DNA of 64,000 bases from positions 1,541-65,540 of the forward strand of contig DUPG01000014.1 in the NCBI GenBank assembly GCA_012838425.1. Direction: 5' to 3'. Below, in pieces: positions 47,388-56,988 of the stretch. The translations under genes and the position numbers were made by a program. The notes beneath the pieces are model-generated. The model was not told the origin of the DNA. It searched no databases and was given only the letters and a program-made list of their open reading frames with translations. Source of the DNA: Clostridiales bacterium. GTDB taxonomy: Bacteria > Bacillota > Clostridia > Christensenellales > CAG-138. How positions within the stretch are numbered: position 1 is the stretch's first letter; each line of letters begins with the position of its first letter.

Positions 47388-49412
47388 TTATTTCACAGCT
47401 AATAGCAGAATCCTAATTGCGTCGCCTGTGTTTACCACACCGTCTTGATTTGCGTCTGCAACCTTTTCAAACAGGTCGGACAGCTCAATATTACCGATTG
47501 TATAGCTCAATACATATGTAGCGTCACCCGTGTTTACTTTGCCGTCGCCGTTCGCATCGCCAATCTGAATATACATCGCGGTTATTGTGGTGTTCTGCTT
47601 AATATTCCTATGGTCGCCGTCCCAGCCGCTGAATATATAGCCTTCACGCTCCGGGTCCTCGGGAAGTACTGCGTCTTCGCCCTCTTCGACAACCTGAATA
47701 TCAAGCAAGCTTCCGTTCCAATCCCTGAAATATACCGTATATGTAGGCGGCGCGGGTTCAACGGTTACCTTGCAGTTTGCGTAGAAGGTTTCGCCGGAAA
47801 CATTGTCATACACGGTGCAAACAATGGTAGCTGTACCTTCCTCAATACCTGTAACTAAGCCGGTCCATGAAACGCTCGCTACATCGGGCTGTATGGATTC
47901 GAAATCAATTAGATAGTCCGTCGCGTCATTAGGTGATATGCTTACATTAAGCTGCAAGGTTTCTCCGACCTTAATTGTTGCGCTTTCCGCCATGGTTACG
48001 CCCGTTACAGGCACAGGTGCGCCCACTTCTGACAGCCTTGCCGAGCCGCTGCCCTGATATACCAGCTTAGCGCGATAACTGCTGTATGGGTCATATTGCC
48101 CCTTCATTTTTTTCGCGTAATCAACTCCTTCGGCAACGGTGTATAGCTTTCCGGTTCCTTCGTCTACCTTGCAGAGCCTTCTGAACAGCTCATTCATCAT
48201 CTGATTGTCATAGTAGAAGGATACAGGGTTGTCGTAGCCTATAACCGCACTTGCGCCAATGTTTAATAGCGGTGAATACATGGTGTTGTTATACATGCCG
48301 TAGCAAATGCCCATGTAAATTATGCTGTTCGGCAGTGAGGGACAGTATTTTTGAATGTATGTTGCGCGAACAAGCACATCGCCCGAGCTTTGTATTAAAT
48401 GCCCTTGTGAAACATCTGCCGAGTCGTAGGTGCCTTTCGCGGCTGCTGAAACGCATATTACGACCTTGCCATTATATAAGTCGCCATGGCTGTCAACCAT
48501 TATAAGACCATATTTGCTCCAGTTTTTGAAGGAAACAACCGTCGCCCTAGGATAGCCATGCGAGCCGTTGCCGTAGTAGCCGTAAACGCTGCCGCCCATT
48601 GCGCCCTTTATTACATTTTTAGCCAACTCAACATACTTCATCGTGAAGTCGCTTTGAACGCCGTAGTAGGGGGCATATACGCCAATGTCCTTGCTGGTGG
48701 GAGCCAGCTTTAATTCGTATTCTTCCTCTTGATTGAATGTAGAATATACCTCAGAAAGTTCCTCTATTTCAGCCTCTATTGCTTCGATTTGCTCAGCGGA
48801 GCGTTCCTCGCGTATTGTGAAAGCGTTGCAGATACCCGAGTATGTTTCGAAATTAAGCGTGGTTTCGGTTTCGTATCTCAATATTTCAATGTCGGGATTG
48901 TCAGAGAGAAAATTATACACGCAGTCAACTATTTCTTTATTAGAATAGCCCATGCTTTTAAGCGTATCCCTCAATCCGTCAATCTTGCGCCAAAGGGCGT
49001 CGTTTTTTGCTAAGTCAGCATCAGACAGCTTGTTGTAGAACCTGATTTCGTGTTCGCCGTACTTTTTATCGTCAACTCTCAGGTGATAAACATTTGTGGC
49101 TTTCTTGTTAGCGGTCAAATGCACAGTCGCTTTGTATTCTTCATCGCTTACGCGCGATAGCTTTGTAACTAAGTTACCGTTATTATCATAAACGGCTACC
49201 CTTGCGTTCAAAGGTACGCCGCTTATTTTTGCACTGAATGTTACCTCTGCACTATGACCGATTTCAATACCGAAATTGTCTGCGCTGAAAGACTTAACAA
49301 TGACCTGCTTGCCTTGTGCCGAGCTTTTTCCGACAAAAGCGAAGGAGAATGTAAAGCAGGCGCAAAGCACTAAGCATAATAGCTTTTTCCAAATGGAAAT
49401 GCCAATCCTCAT
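47388..49412 (-). CDS. Secreted multidomain protein: putative caspase-fold Cys peptidase + Big_2 + Listeria-Bacteroides repeat + type I dockerin
   Basis: Signal peptide. DSHGD and MGICYG (His/Cys dyad candidates). Big_2-like VTGVTM..LQLNVSISP. YTVYFRDWNG..GYIFSGWDG. C-terminal GDANGDGKVNTGDATYVL / DANQDGVVNTGDAIRILL dockerin repeats. ATG at 49412 follows GGAGG. Confidence 0.7.
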   Translation of the reverse strand: MRIGISIWKKLLCLVLCACFTFSFAFVGKSSAQGKQVIVKSFSADNFGIEIGHSAEVTFSAKISGVPLNARVAVYDNNGNLVTKLSRVSDEEYKATVHLTANKKATNVYHLRVDDKKYGEHEIRFYNKLSDADLAKNDALWRKIDGLRDTLKSMGYSNKEIVDCVYNFLSDNPDIEILRYETETTLNFETYSGICNAFTIREERSAEQIEAIEAEIEELSEVYSTFNQEEEYELKLAPTSKDIGVYAPYYGVQSDFTMKYVELAKNVIKGAMGGSVYGYYGNGSHGYPRATVVSFKNWSKYGLIMVDSHGDLYNGKVVICVSAAAKGTYDSADVSQGHLIQSSGDVLVRATYIQKYCPSLPNSIIYMGICYGMYNNTMYSPLLNIGASAVIGYDNPVSFYYDNQMMNELFRRLCKVDEGTGKLYTVAEGVDYAKKMKGQYDPYSSYRAKLVYQGSGSARLSEVGAPVPVTGVTMAESATIKVGETLQLNVSISPNDATDYLIDFESIQPDVASVSWTGLVTGIEEGTATIVCTVYDNVSGETFYANCKVTVEPAPPTYTVYFRDWNGSLLDIQVVEEGEDAVLPEDPEREGYIFSGWDGDHRNIKQNTTITAMYIQIGDANGDGKVNTGDATYVLSYTIGNIELSDLFEKVADANQDGVVNTGDAIRILLLAVK

Positions 49413-49634
49413 ATTCCTTACCTCCAAAGTTTATATAATATTTTATCATGTAGAATTTCAAAAATAAAGCAGAAATTAGCATAACATTGAAACATTGAGA
49501 GGCAGTATTTTGAATTTTGCCGAATGACTTTGCTCATATAATTGGAGGGAGAGGGAGAGTAGTAATACCTGATTCGCAATCACGTCTGCTACATAAATAG
49601 CGTATCGATTTTTCGCCTACGGTAGCCTTTACAG

Positions 49635-49660
49635 CAAAAAAAGACCGCGCTATGCGGTCT
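49635..49660 (-). terminator. Terminator ending the rpmH-...-jag operon
   Basis: Minus strand reads agaccgc-atagc-gcggtct followed by ttttttt. Confidence 0.8.
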
Positions 49661-49677
49661 GTAATACTCGTATTTGC

Positions 49678-50613
49678 TTAATTATGATTTCTTCTTCTGA
49701 ACTGCTGGTGCTTAGCTGTCAAAACTACATAGCGTCTTGGTTCGTCGCCCTCGCTGTGTGTAGTTACATAGGGGTTTCCTTGCAGTGCAGAGTGTATAAT
49801 TCTGCGCTCATACGGGCTCATAGGCTCAAACTTATACGGCTTTCCGCTTGCCCTTACTGTTGCTGCCTTTGCTCTTGCTAAATTCTTCAATACTTCTTCA
49901 CGCTTTACCCTATAGCCCTGTGCGTCTAATGAAACTCTCACATACTCGCTTGGAGCCTTATCCTTGTTTGCGTAAAGCTGTACTAAGTATTGAAGCGCGT
50001 CTAATGTTTCGCCCCTGTGCCCTATAATTGCGCCGGGCTCGTCGGTATCTATCTTCAAATGCAGCCCTCTTTCGCTTACGCCGCCCAATACGGTTGCTTG
50101 CAAGCCCATTTTTTCTAACAGCTCTATCAAGAATTTCCCGGCTTCACTGTTTTTTGCGCAATCCTCTGAATACTCGATGCTGCTGTCAACATTCTGAACA
50201 GGCTGCTTCTGAAATCTCTGGTTCTTGTTGTTTCTATATCCTGAATTATATTTTTGGTTGTTCTTGTGCGCGTATTTGAAATTATTGTCGTCAGACGGTC
50301 TATTTACCCTTTCTTCCTGCTGAATATGAGCCGGCGTCTCGGGTCTTGCAACGAATTCCTGCTTTTGAGGTGATTCCTTGATCTCGCTCTTCTCGGGCTT
50401 TTCGGGCTTATTCTCAAAAAGCTCCTTTACATCGATAGTGTCGCGCACCGTAAGCTTGACTATGGCAGGCTTTGCGCCTAAACCGAATACTCCGCGCGTT
50501 TCGTTCTGAACAACATCTATATCAACTTCATCTATTGAAATGCCTAACTTGCTTAAACCGTTAAATATAGCTTCATCAATGGTCTTGCCTTCAGACAAGT
50601 AAACCTCGCCCAT
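49678..50613 (-). CDS. jag: Jag/KhpB RNA-binding protein (Jag_N, KH, R3H)
   Basis: N-terminal Jag domain, low-complexity linker, C-terminal EPMSPYERRIIHSALQ R3H motif. Confidence 0.9.
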   Translation of the reverse strand: MGEVYLSEGKTIDEAIFNGLSKLGISIDEVDIDVVQNETRGVFGLGAKPAIVKLTVRDTIDVKELFENKPEKPEKSEIKESPQKQEFVARPETPAHIQQEERVNRPSDDNNFKYAHKNNQKYNSGYRNNKNQRFQKQPVQNVDSSIEYSEDCAKNSEAGKFLIELLEKMGLQATVLGGVSERGLHLKIDTDEPGAIIGHRGETLDALQYLVQLYANKDKAPSEYVRVSLDAQGYRVKREEVLKNLARAKAATVRASGKPYKFEPMSPYERRIIHSALQGNPYVTTHSEGDEPRRYVVLTAKHQQFRRRNHN

Positions 50614-50627
50614 ATTATTCCCTCCAA

Positions 50628-51668
50628 TTATTTGCTTGTAACAGCACTTTTTTCTTTATCAAACTTGAATAGCGATAATGCTATGTTGGTTATTAGCATT
50701 ATAGCACTGCTTAGTGTCCAATATATTGCGAATGCCGCAGTATATGACAAACAGAAGAAGAACGACATAACAGGCAATACATACATGGTGAACTTTCCTA
50801 ACTGTGCGCCCGGCGCTGAAGCATCATTCGTTTTCTGCTGCTTCATAGTGTACCAAGCGTACAGGAACTGGAACAGCGTAGCCAAAACAGGCAGTATGAA
50901 GAAGCCGTTGTTATAGCCCTTGTATTTATTCTGCAAAGGCTCAATCAGCTTTTCATATTCCATTTTTGCTTCATCAAATTTTCTTTCCTTCTGTTCCGCG
51001 TTTAGTTGATCGTACCCTTCCTGTTCATCGTAAAAGATCTTCTCCAGCTTTTTATAAACATCGGGGTTCTCTTTACGCAAGTAAATTAAATCCTTTGTAG
51101 CTTTATATATTTTGGATTGCTTGTCGTATGATGAACCGAAAAAGTCATCAGCATCCATTACGACAGGCTTAAAGCCGTTGTCAGGCTGCCAAATGTTGTT
51201 TATCCAAAGGAATTTAGCCTGCAAGAATGTTTCAGAAACCTCAGGTGCTTCGCCCGTTTGCTCGGCGACCTGAATGTTCTGCTTCATATCAACGAGTATC
51301 TTGATGTTTTGCTCATAGCTCCAGAATCTAAATGCGGCTATGAAGGAAAACAAAAAAGCTAATGTAAATATCACGGGCAAGCAGCCTGCTAATGTGCTTG
51401 ACCCGCTTTCTTTCAATAGTTTTTGGTATTCTGCATTGAGTTTATTTGGGTCGTTCTTATAACGCTTTTTCAGCTCCTCATATTTTGGACTCAACTCGCT
51501 TTGCTTTGCGAGGTTTTTGCGCTGCGCAATATCAAATGGCAGCATTGCAATACGCAATATGACCGTGCTTACGAAAATAGTCCAAAAAATGCTGTTGTTA
51601 AGCACATTTTCGGACAGCCAGCGCATCCCTAAGAATATCCAGGTGGTCAAGAAAAAATCGCCTGTCAA
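50628..51668 (-). CDS. yidC: YidC/Oxa1-family membrane protein insertase (long form)
   Basis: LPFDIAQRK, MLPVLIQ-like segments, GCLP. A ~130-aa charged insertion lies between TM helices. TTG start is uncertain. Confidence 0.85.
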   Translation of the reverse strand: MTGDFFLTTWIFLGMRWLSENVLNNSIFWTIFVSTVILRIAMLPFDIAQRKNLAKQSELSPKYEELKKRYKNDPNKLNAEYQKLLKESGSSTLAGCLPVIFTLAFLFSFIAAFRFWSYEQNIKILVDMKQNIQVAEQTGEAPEVSETFLQAKFLWINNIWQPDNGFKPVVMDADDFFGSSYDKQSKIYKATKDLIYLRKENPDVYKKLEKIFYDEQEGYDQLNAEQKERKFDEAKMEYEKLIEPLQNKYKGYNNGFFILPVLATLFQFLYAWYTMKQQKTNDASAPGAQLGKFTMYVLPVMSFFFCLSYTAAFAIYWTLSSAIMLITNIALSLFKFDKEKSAVTSK

Positions 51669-51698
51669 GTCTTTATCCTCGTTTCAAATATAAGTAAG

Positions 51699-51926
51699 CT
51701 AACTCCTGTTTTTCTTAGGCGGAACAGGGTCGTAACCGCATTTAGACAGTGGGTTGCACCTCAATATGCGCCATATCGCCAGGCAAGTGCCATAAAAAGC
51801 GCCATGTATCTCTATGGCTTCAATTGCGTATTGAGAGCAGGTCGGTCTGAACCGACAACATGGGGGAAGGCGTCGAGAAATATTTTTTTGATAAAATCGT
51901 ATTATCTTTATGAGAAGTGTTCTCAT
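51699..51926 (-). CDS. yidD: Membrane protein insertion efficiency factor YidD
   Basis: [34 protein letters not shown]. Confidence 0.95.
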   Translation of the reverse strand: MRTLLIKIIRFYQKNISRRLPPCCRFRPTCSQYAIEAIEIHGAFYGTCLAIWRILRCNPLSKCGYDPVPPKKNRS

Positions 51927-52288
51927 TGTTCTCTCGCCTTCATGTCGTCTGTGGGCGATAGCAAGCCCGCTTTGTTAAGCAGGCCCTCTATGCTTTCAAC
52001 TATGCCCAAAAAGCTTTCATTTAATATAGGTTCTCTTGCAACAAATATTATGCTGCTTCCGGGTTTAACTCTTGGTAGAAGCGGTGAAAATGCCGCGCGC
52101 ATACGCCGTTTCACACGGTTTCGCGTTACGCTGTTGCCTATCTTCTTGCTGACTGAAAAGCCTATTCTGGGGAGTTCGTGATTGCTCCTTCTATATACGA
52201 GCACCAAGCATTTTGATGCAATAGCTTTTCCAGTCTTATACACATATCGGAATTCCTTATTGCGTTTTAATGAATAAAGTCTCTTCAC
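51923..52288 (-). CDS. rnpA: Ribonuclease P protein component
   Basis: [15 protein letters not shown]...[22 protein letters not shown]. Confidence 0.95.
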   Translation of the reverse strand: MKRLYSLKRNKEFRYVYKTGKAIASKCLVLVYRRSNHELPRIGFSVSKKIGNSVTRNRVKRRMRAAFSPLLPRVKPGSSIIFVAREPILNESFLGIVESIEGLLNKAGLLSPTDDMKAREQ

Positions 52289-52331
52289 AACTATTCCCTT
52301 TCATTAAATACGCAAAGCATTCCAATCACAA

Positions 52332-52466
52332 TTACGCGCACAATACCTTTCTACCCTTTGCACGCCTGCGTGCTAAAACATTCCTTCCGTTCTTGGTCTT
52401 CATGCGCTTTCTGAAGCCATGAACCATTTTCCTATGCCTTTTCTTAGGCTGGTAGGTACGAAGCAT
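52332..52466 (-). CDS. rpmH: 50S ribosomal protein L34
   Basis: Below the track size cut-off. My own translation gives [53 protein letters not shown] upstream. Confidence 0.95.
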   Translation of the reverse strand: MLRTYQPKKRHRKMVHGFRKRMKTKNGRNVLARRRAKGRKVLCA

Positions 52467-52518
52467 GGTGTATCCTCCTTCAAATATTTGCGCGAAAAAA
52501 TCGCGAATTCAATCAATA

Positions 52519-52548
52519 ATTATATTAGACAATTATATCGCTTGTCAA
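52519..52548 (-). promoter_or_regulatory. Promoter for rpmH-rnpA operon
   Basis: Minus strand has TTGACA (52548-52543), 18 nt spacer, TATAAT (52524-52519). Confidence 0.6.
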
Positions 52549-52610
52549 GCGGATTGCAAAAAATCAATGCAGCTTGCCCACCATCAATTTGACAATGGGC
52601 AAGCAAGTAG

Positions 52611-54833
52611 TTATCTGCCCTCAAGCTCTCTGCGGCGTTTTACCAAGAAGGTCGCAAGGTGAACGCCCTTAGTGCCTCGCCCGAAGCCCTCGTCAGCGCC
52701 GTATTTGCGCGCAAGCTCAGGTGTTACCTGTGTACCGCCGGCACAGAATATCACCTTATCCCTTATGCCCATTTCGGTAGCAATCTGATTTATGCGCGCT
52801 ATGTTCTTATAGTGCGTATCGTCGTGGCTGATAATGGTTGACGCCAATATTACATCAGCCTTCATCTCAACCGCTGCGTTTACAAGCTTCTCCGGCGGTA
52901 CGGATGTGCCAAGATAAATGACCTCTATTCCGTACTTCTCTATGCCGCCATGCTTAATGTCAATTATTTCACGTAAGCCTACGGAATGCTCGTCGTTGCC
53001 CACTGTTGCGCAAACTGCACGCATGGGCTTTCTTTCGATTTCCGCGCGGATTTCGGCGTCGCTTATAACCTCAGGCTCCTTGGGTATAACAAGCTTGTCA
53101 ATATCTATCGCGAAAGGCACCTTGCCCTTTACCTCAATGCGCGTGCCCTCGACCGGGTGCATTATTTCGCAGTTGATGACCTCTACCTCTGTGAGATTCA
53201 TCTGCTTTGCACATTCCAGCGCGGCGGCCTGTGCTATGCGCTTCTCAGCAGGGAAGAACATAGTAAGCATTACAATACCGTCTGCCAGCCATTCCATTTC
53301 GGGACGGATTTTGTTTGAGAAGCCCGGGCGGAACTCCGCAACAGCGTCCATGCGCAGATTTACATTGTCCTCTTCGTCTAATTCGTCTATATAGACTATC
53401 TTCTCGGGCTTTTCGAAAGTGCAGCCGCCTATAAGCGAAGCAGGGTCTTTTACAGCGTTCTTATCGTATTGCTCAACATTGTTGTAGCCGTAGTGCGCTG
53501 TAACGGGTGCCATATAGTCCTTTGCGCGCTTGAACAGAGTGCCGGCGCCTATGCCGCCGTCAATTTTACGAACTATGCCGTCGCCGTTTCTCTCGGGATA
53601 TATGCCTGAGTCAACGAAGAAGCCGGCTTCAACCGCCTCGAAATAGCCGCCCATTTCAAGCATTTCTTCCATGAACAGCACAGCACGCTCCTTCAATTCG
53701 CGCGCCTTGTCACGCAGGTAGCCCTCTTTCTTCAGCTCAACCATATCCATAAGCCCGTCTAAGCCTATGAGAGTCTGCTTCGCTGTGTCACAGGCTTCTA
53801 TGTTGTAGATATGCCATGGAACATTTCTGCCCTCGTCTGGCGTTATCGTAGATTGTATGTCTGCGCTTGTGAGCTTTGATATTACCATGTTGAGAACATG
53901 CGTAACAGTCGCTTCACGCGTTGATGACTCAATGTACTTAGTGTTCATCTGTGCGCGCATACGATATCCTGTGAACAGCTCGCGCAAAGCCACTGCATAG
54001 GGCAGGTCCATGTATACGCAGGGCGCGGGGGTTGCTGTGGGCGGAACGGTTGACAGGCAGATATTTTCCTTCTTAATGCCAACCTTTACGGAGAACATGG
54101 CGTTTATAGCGTGCTGAACCATAAGCTCGGGCATTACCTTCCACGCTTCTCTTGCGGTCGCGTTTGCGTTGTGCGCACCGTCAATCTGTGCCATGTTTGC
54201 CCACGCTATAATCTTCTTAGATTCGCAGGCGTCAACGAATGAGCGAATCATATTGATATTTCTGTAAATTACATTGTATTGCGGGTCTTGGTGAACGCCG
54301 TTTACGCCTTCTTCAGCGAACATTACAGCAATATCGGGACCGGCAACGCCTGAAACATATGAGTGGTAGTTTATAGGTCTGCCGACCTCGTCCTCTATCA
54401 TGTCGAGAGCTTTTCTTTGCGCCCTGACCTGCTTGCGCGAAATAGGAACGCCGCCCATGCCCTGCGGTGTGCCTTCAATAAGTCCGTCAAAGTGGGATTG
54501 TCCGGCAGTTCTTATAACCATTATATGATCTGCGCCGTGGTGTGCTGCCATGCGCATTCTGCGTATATCGTCCTCAAATCTGCCCGAAGCGATTTCCGTT
54601 GTGATTACGGGTGTGGGCTGCGGGTCAATATCGCCAAAGTAGTGCGCGGGGGGTAGGGGAACGCCTGCCTTCAAGGGCTCGCTTGCCTCTTTGTAAGTGA
54701 AGGGACCCATTTTCAAGTCCTTAACGGGCTTTCTCCATGTCCAGCCTCTGCGTCTTGGACGGTAGCTTTCTAAATCTTTGAGTATTTCTTTAACATCAAT
54801 ATTCTTATCCGGAAGCATCTTGTATTCGCTCAT
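52611..54833 (-). CDS. oraE: D-ornithine 4,5-aminomutase subunit E (B12- and PLP-dependent)
   Basis: 740 aa. C-terminal B12-binding DxHxxG (GNDEHSVGL). Immediately preceded by an oraS-sized gene. Confidence 0.85.
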   Translation of the reverse strand: MSEYKMLPDKNIDVKEILKDLESYRPRRRGWTWRKPVKDLKMGPFTYKEASEPLKAGVPLPPAHYFGDIDPQPTPVITTEIASGRFEDDIRRMRMAAHHGADHIMVIRTAGQSHFDGLIEGTPQGMGGVPISRKQVRAQRKALDMIEDEVGRPINYHSYVSGVAGPDIAVMFAEEGVNGVHQDPQYNVIYRNINMIRSFVDACESKKIIAWANMAQIDGAHNANATAREAWKVMPELMVQHAINAMFSVKVGIKKENICLSTVPPTATPAPCVYMDLPYAVALRELFTGYRMRAQMNTKYIESSTREATVTHVLNMVISKLTSADIQSTITPDEGRNVPWHIYNIEACDTAKQTLIGLDGLMDMVELKKEGYLRDKARELKERAVLFMEEMLEMGGYFEAVEAGFFVDSGIYPERNGDGIVRKIDGGIGAGTLFKRAKDYMAPVTAHYGYNNVEQYDKNAVKDPASLIGGCTFEKPEKIVYIDELDEEDNVNLRMDAVAEFRPGFSNKIRPEMEWLADGIVMLTMFFPAEKRIAQAAALECAKQMNLTEVEVINCEIMHPVEGTRIEVKGKVPFAIDIDKLVIPKEPEVISDAEIRAEIERKPMRAVCATVGNDEHSVGLREIIDIKHGGIEKYGIEVIYLGTSVPPEKLVNAAVEMKADVILASTIISHDDTHYKNIARINQIATEMGIRDKVIFCAGGTQVTPELARKYGADEGFGRGTKGVHLATFLVKRRRELEGR

Positions 54834-54834
54834 G

Positions 54835-55194
54835 TTATACCTCCTTGAATTGTGCCTTCGCTTCGTCCCACAGCTTGCCTTGGCTAAGCTGTACGCCTAC
54901 TTCGCGATAATTCATGTTCTTTGCTTTAGCTAAACGGTAAACCACATTGCCTGCGCCATGCTCAATAAGGCTGTTCTCTACGCAGCCGTCAACAATTGCC
55001 TTAGCCTCTATTGATGAGAAGCCCATGCGCAGCAGCACAGAACGCTCAATAGCGGGTGTGGTGTACTCATAACCCATTTTCAGCATAGGGTCAACCAATT
55101 TCTCGGCTAATTCCCAGAACCTTGCTTTCAGCTCCTCATCGCTCAGATTAGCCAAGTGAGCGCGTCTTTCCAAGTAATCGTCCTTTCTTTTCAT
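54835..55194 (-). CDS. oraS: D-ornithine 4,5-aminomutase subunit S
   Basis: 119 aa, positioned between ortB and oraE as in Clostridium sticklandii. Confidence 0.75.
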   Translation of the reverse strand: MKRKDDYLERRAHLANLSDEELKARFWELAEKLVDPMLKMGYEYTTPAIERSVLLRMGFSSIEAKAIVDGCVENSLIEHGAGNVVYRLAKAKNMNYREVGVQLSQGKLWDEAKAQFKEV

Positions 55195-55209
55195 ACGACT
55201 CTCCTTTGC

Positions 55210-56610
55210 TTATTTTGATATTTCCTCAATGGCTCTCAAAACAAAATCGCAGTCCGTGTTGGTTTCCTCGGCCAAGAACTTAATATCCTCGGCGGTGGGC
55301 TTATCAAAGCCTGCAATCTTGTTCTTGATGTATGATTTTCTTAAATGCTCCATATCGTAATCTCTTGCTCTTATCAGGCTCGGATGCTCGGGAAGTATTA
55401 TGCTCTTGCCGGGAACCTCCTCATCAGGATTGCCGAACTTAATCTCTATGCCATTTTCCCGCGCGAATGAAAGCTGCGGGTTAACATGCTTGCCGGCGCC
55501 CGTGTATTCGGTTTCCTGAACAACTATGGTCTGATTCTCGTCCATCTCCTGAGCCAAATAGAACGCCGCCGCCAAAGCTGTGTTGCCTGCGGGACCCTTT
55601 TCAAGCCCTTCAAGCGATGCCAAAGCCTCTGTTATATAGAAAACCTCGCCTTGATTTACGGTAACGTATCTGTCCATATAGCGCAAGGGTCTTGCGGCGC
55701 TTCTCGGAACATCAGAACGGTCGGGATTCGTCGCGAAGGGCATACCGAAGCCCGTATGGCTCGTCGTGAATGACTTTCTGTTGAACTGCGTATCGGAAGC
55801 CATGTGCAGCCCTTTTAGGTTTACGCTTGCCGCGACTATCTGCGGGTGGCAGTTCGCTTTCATAAGACCGCGTGCTGTGCCTGTAAGGTTGCCGCCGCCT
55901 GCGTTTGAGCATACTACTACATCGGGGTCGCAGTTGTAGTCCTTTCTGAACTGGTGCGCAATCTCATAACCCAACGACTCAACACCCGCAATTCCGAAAG
56001 GCGTATAGAGCGACGCGTTGAAATAGCCTGTTTCTTCCAACATTAAAAGCACGCTGTAGAAAAGCTCGGGACCTACTGAAAGCTGAACAACCTCGGCGCC
56101 CAGCGCTTCGCATTTTCTCGCTTTTTCTATTATTTCGGGCTGTCCTTTGCCCTTTGAATCGAAGCACTCCTGAACCACTATGCACTTCAAACCCGCCATA
56201 GCGCAAACGGAGGCCACAGCCGCGCCGTAATTGCCGCTTGTAGCAGTAATTACGCCCTTATATCCCATTTTCTTTGCCTGATAAACGGATATTGCCGCCC
56301 TGCGCACCTTGAAGCTGCCCGAGGGGTTAGCCGCTTCGTCTTTTATGAATATGCGTGCGCCTTTGCCGGGCTTTGCGCATTTTCTTGCCAACGCGGTTAT
56401 GTTTTTAAGCTCCATAATTCGCGTGTCGCCGATAGAGAAGCCCTTTTGTATGCGTATAACCTCGTCAATAGTATAGCCTGTATCGCGCATCATGCCCTCG
56501 TAATCGAACGCGATAGAGCCGCTTTCATACTTGCCGTAGTCCATACCTACGGACTTTTTCATTATTTCGTTCTTTCTCTGCATTACGGCTTGGTAGCTTG
56601 TATCTCTCAT
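55210..56610 (-). CDS. ortB: 2-amino-4-ketopentanoate thiolase beta subunit (PLP, Trp-synthase-beta fold)
   Basis: 466 aa. NPSGSFKVRRA PLP-Lys motif. TSGNYGAA. Confidence 0.8.
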   Translation of the reverse strand: MRDTSYQAVMQRKNEIMKKSVGMDYGKYESGSIAFDYEGMMRDTGYTIDEVIRIQKGFSIGDTRIMELKNITALARKCAKPGKGARIFIKDEAANPSGSFKVRRAAISVYQAKKMGYKGVITATSGNYGAAVASVCAMAGLKCIVVQECFDSKGKGQPEIIEKARKCEALGAEVVQLSVGPELFYSVLLMLEETGYFNASLYTPFGIAGVESLGYEIAHQFRKDYNCDPDVVVCSNAGGGNLTGTARGLMKANCHPQIVAASVNLKGLHMASDTQFNRKSFTTSHTGFGMPFATNPDRSDVPRSAARPLRYMDRYVTVNQGEVFYITEALASLEGLEKGPAGNTALAAAFYLAQEMDENQTIVVQETEYTGAGKHVNPQLSFARENGIEIKFGNPDEEVPGKSIILPEHPSLIRARDYDMEHLRKSYIKNKIAGFDKPTAEDIKFLAEETNTDCDFVLRAIEEISK

Positions 56611-56924
56611 TTTGCTCCCTCCCCGGATTCTTCCCCGAACAATATGCCTCTGACTTGGTCGCCTACGCGCAGCAGCTCGGGAACTAAATTTCCGAAGCTA
56701 TGCGTGTAATGCGGGGCTTCATCTACCAATACGCCCTTTACCTGCCTGCCTGTGCGCGTGGTGATTGTAACCTCGTCGCCTATTTTTGCGCTTTCTTCGT
56801 TGAGATAACCCTTTACCCACATTTCCAGCGGTACAGAATGGGTATCCTCCGGAATAGTGTCGGCTCTCGCGTCAGGCTCCAACACTATTCGGTGAATCTG
56901 CACATAATCGTGTTTCTTAGCCAT
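56607..56924 (-). CDS. ortA: 2-amino-4-ketopentanoate thiolase alpha subunit
   Basis: 105 aa starting from MAKKHDYVQIH (AGGAGA RBS). Overlaps the ortB start. Confidence 0.7.
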   Translation of the reverse strand: MAKKHDYVQIHRIVLEPDARADTIPEDTHSVPLEMWVKGYLNEESAKIGDEVTITTRTGRQVKGVLVDEAPHYTHSFGNLVPELLRVGDQVRGILFGEESGEGAK

Positions 56925-56988
56925 TTTAACATCTCCTAAGCTATTATTAGAAAAATCCGTTACGCCATTCAAGGCGCAACGGTTGTGC

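Noticed and set aside
52467-52610. Possible oriC next to rpmH
   Set aside because: The spacer is only 145 nt and is fully accounted for by the rpmH promoter and the oraE terminator-like hairpin. It contains no DnaA boxes.
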